Shown one piece after another: positions 1 through 12,599 of a stretch of DNA of 64,000 bases. The notes below the pieces were generated by a model. The model was not told the DNA's origin, did no database searches, and was given only the letters and a program-made list of their open reading frames with translations. Source of the stretch: Phoronis australis (taxonomy: Eukaryota > Animalia > Phoronida); assembly GCA_002633005.1 (NCBI GenBank), contig NMRA01000194.1, positions 437,074-501,073 on the forward strand. Reading direction: 5' to 3'. Position 1 is the stretch's first letter; each line of letters begins with the position of its first letter. A program made the position numbers and the translations under genes.

Positions 1-235
1 TTTTTCCAGCTGAAAATGATGAGGAACGACTCTTCCTGTAGTTGTAATATCTTTTTGCAATCTTCCAGTGCTGCTACATTGACCTATGAGTGTACAAGTG
101 CAATACACTAACACCATCTGATCAACAACTTGATTATCGTTGTGCTGTGTGTTGTTCAGTGAAAGTTTTACCATGTTTTAGTTGGTCAAAATACCCGTTT
201 ACTAGCATGTGCTCGGACGTGGCTTTAACTCTGGG

Positions 236-1101
236 CTTTAATGTGTTATGATGACGTACGTATATATAAACTCGGTTTCAAAATTATCATTACAAATATT
301 AATCCATTTGCAAAATACATGCCGGAGGTAAAAGGAGTGTCCTCGTGAAATTTTTATCGCGGTTTTGAGTTTTAAATGCGCAGACATTATACTAAATTCT
401 TGCTGTTCATCGATCATGCATAATGCAGTTCTGATAGAAACGTGATTCTAGAGTGCTTCCCATAGTTTACAGCGGTCTTTGACGGCTGTCACAAGCAGTA
501 ATGTGATGATGTGTGACTCAGTTAGACTTGCATATATCTTATATGTNAGTTACAAGGAAAAAATGGCGGCGTTCAGGGCAAGTTCCTGAACTGATGAGCC
601 AGAAATGTGGGTACGGAAATAACCGATGACAACCGGTAATCATACGCTCAGAGAAAAGGGTCGAATACGGTTGAAAAATCGCTTTTGGCAAGAAAGGCGA
701 AAAGAATATAAAGAAAGGGTGTCGAAAATAAGATTTTATGTAGTAAGTATTTTCAGATACTAGAACCACATAGGCAGTTTGCAACAAGGACTTTAATGTG
801 TTATGATGACGTACGTATATATAAACTCAGTTTCAAAATTATCATTACAAATATTAATCCATTTGCAAAATACATGCCGGAGGTAAAAGGAGTGTCCTCG
901 TGAAATTTTTATCGCGGTTTTGAGTTTTAAATGCGCAGACATTATACTAAATTCTTGCTGTTCATCGATCATGCATAATGCAGTTCTGATAGAAACGTGA
1001 TTCTAGAGTGCTTCCCATAGTTTACAGCGGTCTTTGATGGCTGTCACAAGCAGTAATGTGATGATGTGTGACTCAGTGAGACATGCATATATCTTATATG
1101 T
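236..1101. repeat. Gap-flanking duplication (236-546 vs 791-1101), n at 547
   Basis: Near-identical 311-bp copies. Copy 1 ends exactly at the n. A unique 243-bp segment lies between them. Confidence 0.9.
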
Positions 1102-1713
1102 TTGCTCGCTGGGTACCACAGTGTGTGTTGTGTACACTTCATTAGATCCCGACTATAGGATTTTATAGTGAATATCTTTTGAAATTCAAACACTAGAGTT
1201 TCATCTCTAACAGTTTGTACAGCCTTTTTGCCTCAATTAATTAGAAAACAAAGCTGTCAATGGAAAATTAGTTTGTATTATTTTCACTTGAGTAACTTTC
1301 CAGTGAAGTCAGTCATCATAACGGGGAATTTCACTTTATCTCGGCCGTTGTCATGGAGAAGGACAAGTCATTTTGTCTGCTTACTTTTGCCATGTACTAT
1401 AGAAGTGCTTCCCAGTACCACCAGGTGTCACCAGGTGTGGGGGGTCCGGTGTGATCACTCGGCATTGGTTTGTGAAGTTTTCAAATGATGCCATTGGTGC
1501 AAACCAAATACCATTTGGTATACTCTCTTAGTACTCTAACTGCTGGTCTCATGTTTTGAGAACCAGTTTTCTTCACTGAATAACTGGCATCAAACTGTTT
1601 CTCAAAATCCAGGACCCCTATAAGTGACTATTGCCTTGCATTGCTTAGTTTTACTTAATTCCTTCTCTTCTCAGTTACTGAGTGTGTTTTGTTCCATTCG
1701 ATCTTCTTCACAG

Positions 1714-1870
1714 AGTCTTGAGCAACAGTTGACCCTGTGTGACCTTGGCCTCATCGATGCCCTTGCGCCTCTGTTAACATGTGACATTGCCCGGGTACAG
1801 ATGCCTGCTATCTGCTGCCTGACATCGCTGTGTTATCAGAACACAGAGGTCTCTGTAATCATCAGTACAG
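1714..1870 (+). CDS. ARMC8: ARMC8 internal coding exon (SLEQQLTLCDLG...EVSVIIST)
   Basis: ttcttcacAG acceptor at 1712-1713 and GT donor at 1871. 157 nt, ends in phase 1, matching the next exon. Translation corresponds to the ARMC8 segment recalled as HQTILFNHGAVQNIAHLL...[20 protein letters not shown]. Confidence 0.88.
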
Positions 1871-2482
1871 GTACCCTTGACTGTTGATTCTCGATGACTG
1901 CATAGTGCTGGAATGAGGTTATTTATTGGTTTAGGAATTTTATCTCAATCGTTTTAAGTGAACTTTGGGGATCTGCCACTTACATAGAAAGTGGGTTACC
2001 CTTGAAATTGAAATAATTGGAATTTCGTAAATGCAAGTAATGACGATTGAAAAACATTTATTATAATCCTGAAATCAATTGCATTCTGTAGTCTCCAAAT
2101 TATTTGTTTTTATGATGTCTGTAGCATTGAATAACCTATATATTGCAAATTACTTGCTGAAAAGTAAATTTACTTCATTTCAAAGCTCAATATGGAGTTG
2201 TTGTTAACTTACTTCATGGAGGAATTTCGTTGTCCAACCTGTTGCTTATGTTATGTGTGTTTTTCAAAAAGTAACTTGTAGCATTAGTTCGTGAATGTTA
2301 ACATGCGATTTGACATTCATTTTCATGTTTTTGCATGAAACAATGTCTATAATTGACATTTTATGAAAGTGCTAACTAAAGGCGGTATTGGTAAGTTGAC
2401 TGTACATTAAGATCTAGGTGCCAAACTCGTTACACGACTGTTTTGCCTCTACTTAATAGTTACCTATATGTTTACACTACAG

Positions 2483-2573
2483 CATGCTACAATGGAGAGT
2501 GTATGCCAGACCTACTGGTCAAGTTACTGGCACGAGACAAGCCAGTGGAGATGCAGGTGGCAGCTGCCAAATG
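2483..2573 (+). CDS. ARMC8: ARMC8 internal coding exon (ACYNGECMPDLLVKLLARDKPVEMQVAAAK)
   Basis: tacAG acceptor and GTGAGT donor. 91 nt, phase 1 in and phase 2 out. RDKPVEMQ matches ARMC8 RDKPIEMQ. Confidence 0.93.
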
Positions 2574-3065
2574 GTGAGTGAACATCATAGTATTTTACAG
2601 TGCCAGCTTGTAAGACCCAGTCCTTTATTCACAACCTCCGGGCATCTCCAGCTTAAATTAATTCAGGTGGACAGTATGTTGCGTTCAAATTACTTTCGTT
2701 TTGAAAGGACAAGTAAAAATATCGTCGTGTCTTGTTTGAATTAATCTTGAAGAACCTGCTGTGTGAAAGTTTGTTTTTTTTACTCTAAAAATTCTTATCC
2801 TGATATATTAATTAATTATTCTCCAAACACAACTCTTGTTATTGGCAAGAAATATCTGTATATTCCCCATCAGCTGTTACACTCACCTATATTCAGAGAC
2901 ACAAACCTTTAACAAAATTAAAGATGATTCTTTAAGGCTGTGATGTAGTTAGAGCAGTTCATCCACATCCCTGAGTCCATCTAACATATGAAGGTGTTAA
3001 TTCAGCTGTACCTTCTTGCATTGTAACTAATGGGTCTAATGATTCCCTCTGCCTCCATGTGTTTT

Positions 3066-4520
3066 AACCCCTCGACCATAGGCTGCAACGCAAAAGGCAC
3101 ATCATGCCTTGAAAAATACAGGTTTTTCATCCGACTTCACATTAAGTTGAACCTTCACACTCATAACTGTTCCTAACCCCTCTTTATACACATCCGGTTA
3201 ACATTTGATGAGATAGGTAGTGGACTTAACGTTTGTAACCAGTTCACGCTTAGTAAACAAATCATATCATTTCAGTTTGAAACGTTCCAAACACAATCTG
3301 CTAAAGAACGCTGGCACATACCGCTGCCAACGGTACTTTTTGGGTAATAAGTTGTCCGTCATACTGCACGTCGACTTTAATTTGAAACAAAACGTGTAGA
3401 TTCCCGCCACCTTACGCATAATACGATTTGTTCCGATTCGTAATGGCTCAGTCAATGAAGTATTTATTGTAGTCTGCCGTGTTAATGATTGACATATACG
3501 ACCCGTGCCTAATTCCATGTCGAAATCACGATCATTCAGTTTGCATTTAAATTTGATTGGGGGTGCTTCGTGAATGTGGAATACTGCCTTCATCATCCCG
3601 AGGCACCCAACTCAGAATCCATGTCTTCATTTCTTCAAATATTTTTAACCTTACATTTCCGGTTCCTGGAACTACTTGTCTCCAGGTTGATTAATTTGTT
3701 TTTGCGTTCTACCTTAAGTTTTTGGTTTTATCACACTTATCCGAATCAGTTAGTTGACAGTCATATATACTTCAAATGACCTCGTCTAGCACAAGAAAAA
3801 CATTTAGTATCCTTATGTCTGCACTACGATTCTGGAATCTACAACGGAAATATTTTTCTGGCTTTGTCGCGCTTTGTGTCAATATTATTTAACACAGATT
3901 TTGCAAAATCCGTCGAGTCCAACTTCATGGACCATACATGTATATTATGTAATTTTGTCACTTCTTTCGCACGCATATAATTTAATAAATGTGTCAGTGT
4001 CAAACGGTCAGTGCTTTTTCACGAACCTGGCTATTCATACAACCAAAATTATTTGTGAGCGTATTTCTCGATCTGGGTCAGCAAACTCACATTTACTAGC
4101 AATGATTATCAACCTGATACAAAAATCATCTGAAGTTCCCTCCTTGGTTTGCACTGTCTTCCTGTAGACAAACTCCTCGTAATCCGTATTCGACCGTGGT
4201 TTAAAAATTTTGTCAGTGCTTTTACCGCATCGTCATATACGTTGTCCCCTACGAGTACGTCCAAGTGTGAGAAAATTTCTCACACTTCTTTTTCCACATA
4301 ATGCAAGTGCAACGCTTTTTTCTTGCCAGTATCTGTGATACCAAACACCAGTCAAATCACTTGATCCACACTTCCCAACATTCAAACTGGGTGGAGACGT
4401 TCCCTTGCTCAAACTGCTCAAAAGTAGGTAACCTACCAAAAGCCATCTTATTATTCGTAACTGTTTTATACTTTTAAACCTGACAAACATCCTCATTGCC
4501 ACTATTGTGTCTATCACCAA
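3066..4520 (-). mobile_element. Decayed Ty3/Gypsy LTR-retrotransposon fragment (gag, zinc knuckle, protease, pre-RT linker)
   Basis: Minus-strand remnants occur in canonical order. Gag-like FKPRSNTDYEEFVYRK...RLIIIASKCEFADPDREIRSQII (~4045-4203). CCHC knuckle CFSCARRGHLKYI* (3761-3802). Protease-like DFDMELGTG (D-T-G decayed). Linker DVYKEGLGTVMSVKVQLNVKSDEKPVFFKA..VPFALQPMVE (~3068-3195). Stops and frameshifts throughout. Confidence 0.85.
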
Positions 4521-4693
4521 ATTTTGAGAATAATCGAAGACGTTCCGTTACAATAAATGACTGTAGTCAAGATGGCAGAACTTACTATCTGCAGTGATCG
4601 CCGTAAGTGGTCCTTATGTAAACCCATACAATACAGAAAATTTTTATCGTATTCAACACATGATGACTGGTGAACCAGGTGTTTTTCTTTCAG

Positions 4694-4754
4694 TTTAACT
4701 TACCTGTGCAGAGCTGGTGCTGTTGATCCCACAGACCCTATCATCTCTTTAAAG
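4694..4754 (+). CDS. ARMC8: ARMC8 internal coding exon (CLTYLCRAGAVDPTDPIISLK)
   Basis: tttttctttcAG acceptor and GTATCG donor. 61 nt, phase 2 in and phase 0 out. CLTYLCRAGA matches ARMC8 CLTYMCRAGA. Confidence 0.93.
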
Positions 4755-5423
4755 GTATCGTGTTGAAAGGTTGTGCGATTCCATCAGTACAAGAGCTTTT
4801 GTTGTTTAGTATCAAAAAATTTACCTTGGGTATCTTGTTAGTCAATAGTCCTGAAATATTAGATAATTTGGTCGACAAAAAAACAATTTTTACTTGTTAG
4901 CATGACATTGAAGAATCTGATTATTCCTGAAAGGGAAATGTATGGCAGGGCATTACTGAACGGTTTATGGTTGTAGTTAGGCCTATACTCCTGTAAAAGG
5001 AGCTGCACCTGTAGCAATTTAGGTGAACATGACTATGCGAAACACATAGTGAAGTCAAGCTAATTTTTTTGAAGTGTCATTTTAGTCGAAGCTGACTTAA
5101 CTATTACAAAACGGTGAATATTGGTGTGTTCAACTTGTAGTATTTGAAATTTTTTGGGAATCAACAAAATAACCAACATAAATATATCCTGTCAATGACA
5201 GTCGGCTGCTCCCATAGTTGATTCTGGGATGCATGCTTCTGTAAGTGAAACGCTTACTTAATAACCAAAAATATTTTTCGAAACAACAAATGGTTTCAGA
5301 ACGAGTGCATGGTTCAAGTTATGTGCAACGACCGTTGCAGGTCAATATCCTTTTGTCTTTAAAAATGACTGTTAAGATGATTTATGGATTGACTAGTGTT
5401 CATAGTGCATTCTATCGTTTCAG

Positions 5424-5672
5424 ACCCTTTCCACACTTGTCAGAATGTGTAAGAAGGACAGGCCTATAGCCAACCGTGTAGAAGGTGCTGAACTGTTGGC
5501 CTACTTGACAGAGGGTGATCTTCAACTGCAAGATATAGCTAGCTACTCAGACCACCTGATCACCATGTTGGCCGACTACTTCAAAATGGAGGAGCAGAGA
5601 ACGGACATGCACCAGGCTGCGCTGGTTGCATTTGCATCATTATCGGCCAATGATGAGGACATACGCAAAAAG
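5424..5672 (+). CDS. ARMC8: ARMC8 internal coding exon ([11 protein letters not shown]...ANDEDIRKK)
   Basis: tttcAG acceptor and GTGGGG donor. 249 nt. Contains [23 protein letters not shown] and ANDEDIRKK, all hallmark ARMC8 sequence. Confidence 0.95.
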
Positions 5673-6037
5673 GTGGGGTGTTCTGTTCTGCAAATCGATT
5701 AAAACGCTCATTGACTGAACTGCACTGTATTTTTATAACTTCAATTCTCGATCCATTCGCCTATGGGAGTTTTTGATGTCTAAAACATTACTCTTTTTAG
5801 TTGGACCGACTGCTTTTCTCAGATTTGTAAGAAGTCAAAAGTATAATTCTACAGTGTTTATGCTTTGAAATTCAGAAAATATGTGCTATACATTTGTAAA
5901 TATTTGGGTTTATACACAAATTGTAGATATGGTGCTACACATTCCTAATCTCTATTCTGTGTTTATGGTATCGCGTTTAAGCACAAAGTGGAAGGCACGT
6001 GTACCTTACCTGTCTACACTCTTTCACCCCCTTCCAG

Positions 6038-6202
6038 GTTATTGAGATTGAGAACCTAATGGAACACATCATCTCAGGCCTGTCCAGTCCCTTGCCCAAG
6101 GTCCAGCTGGCCTCTGTCCGCTGTATGCATAGTTTGTCGCGGTCAGTGCAACAACTGCGCACCAGCTTCCAGGACCACGCCGTCTGGAAACCGCTGATGA
6201 AA
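6038..6202 (+). CDS. ARMC8: ARMC8 internal coding exon ([11 protein letters not shown]...[25 protein letters not shown])
   Basis: Pyrimidine tract + ccAG acceptor and GTAAGT donor. 165 nt. [25 protein letters not shown] is identical to vertebrate ARMC8 as recalled. Confidence 0.97.
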
Positions 6203-7091
6203 GTAAGTCGAATAGAGTGGTGAATGGTGTTGCTCTCGAGTCATACGAATTTTGTCGATAATAGGCGGCCCAATGAATTGAAGGGATGTCCGAGTGTGTG
6301 ATCCTCTGCACAAGTCAAATTAAATCGACGAGCCGCTTGCGAAAATGCAGTTGTCCGACCTTCAAATAACATGAAGGGACTGCAACATGAAGTGATCTGG
6401 CAACTGGGACAAAGGCTCGTTTGTTTATACATGAACTGGTAAGCAATTGCTGTACGCGAGGGAAGCGTGTGTACCGGAACTTGGCATTCATCACATTACA
6501 AATTATGCCGTTGTTGCAAAATTTCACTTAAAGTTAGACTTGATGAGCACCTTGAATCTCACAGTGCTTGCGTTTCCGCTGTAGTCTTCCCAAACGTTGA
6601 CACTTCTCAAGTTGTATTGACCCACCTTACATCTTTTAGTGTTTTGATTTTCGGTTGACAAAATGTTGAATTACTGCCATGTTGCCTGATAAATTTTGAT
6701 CTGTGGAAGTGCGCGAAGCCAAATAATTTACAATTGCTATAAAAGTACACGACAGCTGCACCCGACGGAGTGCCAGTACTTGTCCCAGTGTTTTGAAGTT
6801 GATGGTCACATGCGCATTTATCAGGCAGCTGGCCTTTGAAATGAGCTGACCACAATAATATTGAACACACTTCCTTGTATGGCTACAGTGTCGCCTAAAG
6901 ATCAGCATTAGTTATGCATTGCAAGGTCTCACTAATTGAAGCCCACAACACTGAATTATGAATTGAACTAATATAGAAATAATGAGTTTCTTTATGACTG
7001 CCTGTAACGAAAGTTGAGTTGACAGCTCTGTAGCCATTCTTATTGTCAGGCTTAAAGGTCAAGTGAAGGTCGTATTTTTGTCTTCCACTAG

Positions 7092-7178
7092 ATCCTTCAC
7101 AGTGCTTCGGAAGACGTTTTAACTGTGGCCTCGTCGACTCTTTGTAATCTGCTGCTGGAGTTCTCGCCTAGTAAAGAG
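7092..7178 (+). CDS. ARMC8: ARMC8 internal coding exon (ILHSASEDVLTVASSTLCNLLLEFSPSKE)
   Basis: ctAG acceptor and GTGAGT donor. 87 nt. Carries the LCNLLLEFSPSKE signature. Confidence 0.96.
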
Positions 7179-7936
7179 GTGAGTCTTCACCACCAGGGGG
7201 TGTGACTGTCTTTTACATTAATTTGTTGAGTTGATGATATGGATAGTAGCGCGTTTTGATGAACAAGTAAAAATTTACGCTGTATCAATTTAATGATTTG
7301 TTATTTTACTGCTGAGAGATTATCCTCCATGAAAACAATATTTGAAAAAGGTACAATGGCTCTTTCAGGATTGTTTGGAATTCCTAGAATGAAAAATGCT
7401 ACGAAAAATGTGTTCAAAATTTCACTTTTAAATTTTGGGCTCGTAAAAGCATTGTTCGTCACTGGACTTCTTTTTAGCAGTTAAAACACCTGTAAATTAA
7501 ACCCTAGCCGGTCAGTATTTCAGGCTTATTCTTGGTTAGGGCAGTGCAGTCAACAGTATGAGTTACTGAAGAAAGAGCCCCACTTCTTTATTCAAAAGGA
7601 GGGGTCACTTTCGGGTACCATGGGTGTTGATCTAAATTATGCTGCAATATTTTTTGCACATGATGACATTTTGGCGTTATGTCTATGTTGCTTCAAACAC
7701 TTAAGTCTTGTGTTCATTGCATGAGTAAATCTTAGCGGATTTCTACTAAGCTTCAGGTGTCAAAGGTCGAAGGTTGACAATCGCCTAAAACAGCGAAATA
7801 GTTTTAAGAACCGTATAGATGTTATGGAGAATTGAAAGTTGTTTCCTACTGCAAGTTGTCGTGTATTTCATCCTGTTCAATCGTCTTGCTGCCCTTCTCC
7901 CTAAATATTCTCCTGTTTGTTTTTATGGCTTTCCAG

Positions 7937-8029
7937 CCTATTTTGGAACTGGGTGGTATTGACCTTCTGGTTGACTTGACAAAAAGAGAAAACAGTGCGC
8001 TACGACTAAATGGAATATGGGCGCTTATG
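7937..8029 (+). CDS. ARMC8: ARMC8 internal coding exon ([31 protein letters not shown])
   Basis: ttccAG acceptor and GTAAGT donor. 93 nt. Carries the [11 protein letters not shown] signature. Confidence 0.96.
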
Positions 8030-8094
8030 GTAAGTTGCTATGTGCGCCTTTTTAAGTTGTTACTTGGTTAATGTTTTTTGCCAAGTATGACTCT

Positions 8095-8146
8095 TGCTTG
8101 TTTGTTTGTTTGTCTGTTTGTTTGTCTGTTCGTTTATCTATTTGTT

Positions 8147-8178
<32 letters not shown>
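8095..8178. repeat. Compound tetranucleotide microsatellite (TTTG/TCTG)n
   Basis: Visible runs of tttg and tctg units. Confidence 0.9.
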
Positions 8179-9039
8179 CATTCGTTGCATGGCACAGACA
8201 ACAGTTTTTAATGTGGTTTACTTGAAATTTTTGTGGAACATGATTGACTTGAGATGTGTTGTTTTTTATCAAGGTCAAATCCAAGATGGCAGTGTGATGG
8301 CTGTTATTCTGTGTCTGAGCCACAGCTCCACTGTGATGTAAGGAATAATCCTGGAGTTTAGTACATGCCTAGCTTTGACTTTGCGATTCGTTATCTACAA
8401 TGACTCATTGTTCACGATTTTGTTTGGGATTTTCCTTGGAATACCTTAGTTTTTAGACTCAGTTACTTCGGCATGGTCAGTTGCCAGACTCTCTGTTTCG
8501 ATGTATTGTTTTGTGGTTTCCAAAGAATAACTGACATATAAGCTAGGGATATCCAGAATATGAAGGCGAGTACACCTCGTGAAATCCTACAGATATATGG
8601 AACACAACAGGCTTTGCTGTATTTATTCAACTCATTGATGATTTACTGACATGACGTCTCACCGTCACAAAGTCAGGAATTACACGGCAACTCAGTTGTA
8701 GCTTCCTCTCAGGAAGTGTTGAAAACACTTGATTAGACATTATATTATGCCTGCCCATCAGTTTGTGAATATTTCTGGTTCATTTTGATGGAGTATTTCA
8801 GTTTATGCTCGAGTCGGTGTCCTTTGTGGCCTGCCTTCAAATTGACTTGACAAGTCTAGGCAAAGATCAAGTCTGTTGTAAATTGGTCTTTGTTCTTTGT
8901 TGTTGACAATTTGCTGATCTTTGGTTCGCTTGCTCCGCGCTACAAGAACCTTTCATCCTTGATGCCCTCCCCATCCCCCTCCTCCTTCGCTGAATATTTT
9001 TATTGAAGGAGCATAATCAAACAATTGATGTTCTGAGAT

Positions 9040-9250
9040 CAGCTGTTGAGTGGAATTGAACTTGATACCCTCTGATCACAGTTGAACGCTCTGCTGACTG
9101 AAATAAACCCCACTCGGTATTTGGCAGAGTATTTTAAGTGTATTTAAAGTCACGAGCCTTGATTTCAGTAAAAGTCTGGCAGAGACCGTTGGGGATTGGC
9201 AATAACTTCAAAAATTTTATCCCTTCTACTAAAAATCACAAAAATGAGGT
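9040..9250. repeat. Dispersed repeat, related copy at ~10220-10450
   Basis: Shared blocks taaa(c/t)cccact...tggcagagtattttaag, aataacttcaa and aatc(a/c)caaaaatg, in the same order in both copies. Confidence 0.6.
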
Positions 9251-12102
9251 TTCAAGTGATTAAACCGATGGTGACCCTTTTGATTCTTTTTCCAAACCAA
9301 GTATCTTGGCCTATAGTCCTTGGCAAACACTTTCTGACATTATTGATTTTTCTGTCGTGTTTCACAATGCTATAAAACTATTCAATTATCGAAAATTGAC
9401 TATAGCACGGTGTCATCTTTCAGCATTTTTGCCAACATCAAACCATTCACATAAAGTTGACGCCATGTAGAACTCTTATTAAATTATGGAAGAAGAAAAC
9501 GAATAACCGCAGTGTCATTATGGGTTTGCTAGTATTGGATTATAGCTTTGTCATTAGGTCTAGAATTTCTTAATTTTGAAAAGTGGGACAGAGGTTTAAA
9601 ACTTAGTAATGTCCAGTTGAGGTTATCTTTATCTGCTTTAAGACTGCAGGCCATGGTCATGTTCTGTCACCTGCGTTAGTTGTTAATGCACGCATCATCT
9701 GTGTGAGTTTTAAGATGTAGGGGATTGCCCTGCACTTGATTTGGTCTTACAGATAAGGCTATCGCACGCCGGGTTTACTTGATTGGGAAAATTGACACGC
9801 TGTTCTATTGATTCTCTGTCAGTATCACAGTTAGCAGACAATCATCACATTTCTTAGACATTAAGAACCAATAAATAAGGTAATTGCTGTCTGATGAAAC
9901 AAATTGCTTTATTTTTTTTCAATTTCTACGGTTTGGTTTGACATCATTTGTCAGAATCAGCAAAGATCTTGTAAGCATAGTTCTTGGGCAGAACAAAGCC
10001 TTCTTTGAACTGTCTTTTGCTTCTTGTTGTTGTTGCATATTATCGTGCATGGTAGAGTTGAAATTTGGTTAAAAAGAAAACTTTGTGCTCTAGGTTGCCA
10101 CAAGGGCCAGGGATGTGTAGCCTTTAATAAAAAGGTGTACATTATTGGCCGAAAGGGGATTTTCTGAGATCATCCTAATTGCCGAACCGAACCTACAACC
10201 CCCAACCCCCCTCCCCACTGTCGCAGTCTGAAGCTCTGCCGATGGAACTAAATCCCACTATATAAATGGCAGAGTATTTTAAGCCAGTTTGACTGATATA
10301 GTTTTGAGCTTGATTTGTGTGGCAGAAAATGGTGGGAATTGAAGGTTTCTAATAAAGTCATAAAGACACAATAGATTATGTTGTTTCATAACTGGTCAAA
10401 TCTAATAACTTCAAGAAATCTATCCTACCCAACAGTAATCCCAAAAATGTGTTTTCCGGACTGATTTAATACTTTTAATGTATCAGTAAAGATATGGACC
10501 AGTACAGGGAGTAATGTGCGTATTCATTTGTGTAGTCTGATCCATCCAAATGTAGTAGATTCCATGTATAAACACTCTGTTTCTTATAACAGCCTCAAGA
10601 GGTATCTGTCATTGAATTCACAATTAGGTAATTATTCACACTGGTTCATCCCAATGCTGCAGTTACTATGTTTACAACCAGTTTTAGTTGTTCACATTCA
10701 TAGTAATGACCTTTAACCAGGTTTAAAATATGTACTCAGCTTTGGTGCGAACGGGACTTGTGTCTGTGAAATTGTACTGCATTGCCTTGTATTGTGTTGT
10801 ACTACACAGTGTTTTCTACAGCAGAAAATTGGAACTGGATGGGTATCGCAGAATATTGGAAGTGGATAGGTATCACAAAATTTCTGAAGACGTTCCATAG
10901 TCCATGTCCATACTGTGTAGGGTTTATATGCAAATGCTTAGCATCTGTTCACTGAACTGATGTCAAACATCCAAGACGTCCCGTTTCATCGTGAAAATGA
11001 ATCATCTCCTGCGAGTTCAAGCTCATTGCTTTGATTTTCAAACTCGACACAGGTGAGCCAAACTCATCTCGGCAAAATTCAAACTAATTGCTGCAACGAG
11101 TCTAAACAGACTGTTGTGTTATATGCTAATTTTTTGTGCGGTCATACCCAATCCTCAAGTGAAAGCGGTCAATGCCCGGCTTGCCTGCTCTCTCACCAAC
11201 TGGTTTATCTACGGTCCCTATTTGAGGAAATTAGTCTAGACCTACCTCTCAGTCCAGTATAACCAAATGAATCTTTTCATTCTGGGAAATATTGGGTTGT
11301 CTTTGTTGATAAGCGGATTTGGTGATGTCGGCATCTTGACACTGATTTGGCAAATTTCCCTGAGATTCAGACATTGCTTTGCCAAATGTGAAATTAGTCT
11401 GTCTAGTGTTTAAATTATCTGGTAAATCTCAAAACCTTATTGGTTGTGCCATGAAAATGTCATGCCAGAGCTTGGCACCTACAGTTAAATCTCACCAATT
11501 TCGCACAAAGCAATTGCCAAAATTACCACTGTTCACTTTTCTAGGTTTTATATCATTGTTGTGAATGCCCATAAGTATTCAAACTATTTTCTATTGGTAG
11601 TTATGGTTACAGAACTTGAACATGGTTAAACATTATCTTTTGTGGAAAAATAAGAAAAAAAAATTCACTTGTGACCTAAAGCAGTGAAATTTTACTCCAA
11701 TCATTTAAATGTCTTTACAACAAAGTATTTGCAAATCTTGTGACCAATTGTAGGTGAATTGTTTTGAGCATAAAACTGACATGTTTTTCGTCTCTTATCA
11801 AGAGTGTTGTCTTATTCAACCTCACAAATTTTTCTATAAGTTTCATTAATGTGATGTTCTTGATTTTTGGCACTTTCACTTTGTGCCCAATGTCTCCATA
11901 TGGACCTATGCACAAAATGGACCCTAAAAGGCAAGTGGTTGTAGATACAGCTGAGATATGTATTATCACAGGACCACGGACCATGTCAGTGTTGCCTCAT
12001 AGGATATTAAACCTTACATACTGAGAAGACACGGCCTTCTTCTAGTAGGACTGAGAATTAAATACCCCTCCTAGTCCAACAATAACGAACCATGCTCCAA
12101 AA

Positions 12103-12599
12103 GGGCCATTCATATTAACTTAACTCCGGTCTGAGCGGAGCGTCGACGTAAACAGCGCAGTTAACTGGACCGTTCATACTGGCTTCGGTAGTTAATGGAA
12201 ATCGAAGTAAGCAGTTGGTGCTGCTGTCATCATCGAAGTTATCGCAAGGTAGCGTTGCATGCTAAGATTTTTTCAGTTTCAATTTGGAAACATTAACATG
12301 TACTAAGTTACGTTAAACTTCATATCGATGGGTTAGTATTAGAGCAAAATAAAAGCAGCTATTAGTGACGGCACTACCTTGTAGCTGTTGACGATAACAG
12401 TGGCACCTGGCAATTACTTCTATTGGACCGAAGTTAAGCGTTCATACTGCACCGCAGCGTCGACGCTGCGATATTAAATCCACCTGTTAACTGCGATGTT
12501 AACTGGAGCTGTTAACTGCGATCCAGGACCCGAGTTATGCGTTCATACTGGCCGCAACTCCCCAAACCATCGACGCGTCGACGTTAGTATGAAAGGTCC
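12103..12599. mobile_element. MITE with PIF/Harbinger-like termini
   Basis: Left end gggccattcatattaac and right end gttagtatgaaaggtcc form an imperfect inverted pair. Internal reiterated gttcatactg, gttaactg and cgtcgacg motifs. No ORF. Confidence 0.72.

Noticed and set aside
1-200. tttttccAG at 1-9 as a possible upstream ARMC8 exon acceptor
   Set aside because: No frame gives ARMC8-like sequence ending at a suitable donor.
3064-3085. TTAA-CCCCTCGACC looked like a piggyBac terminus
   Set aside because: No matching inverted end was found, and the sequence is explained as the truncated Gypsy pol frame (PMVEG on the minus strand).
8078-8341. Hydrophobic ORF (CLFV repeats) resembling a membrane protein
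   Set aside because: It is the translation of a tetranucleotide microsatellite.
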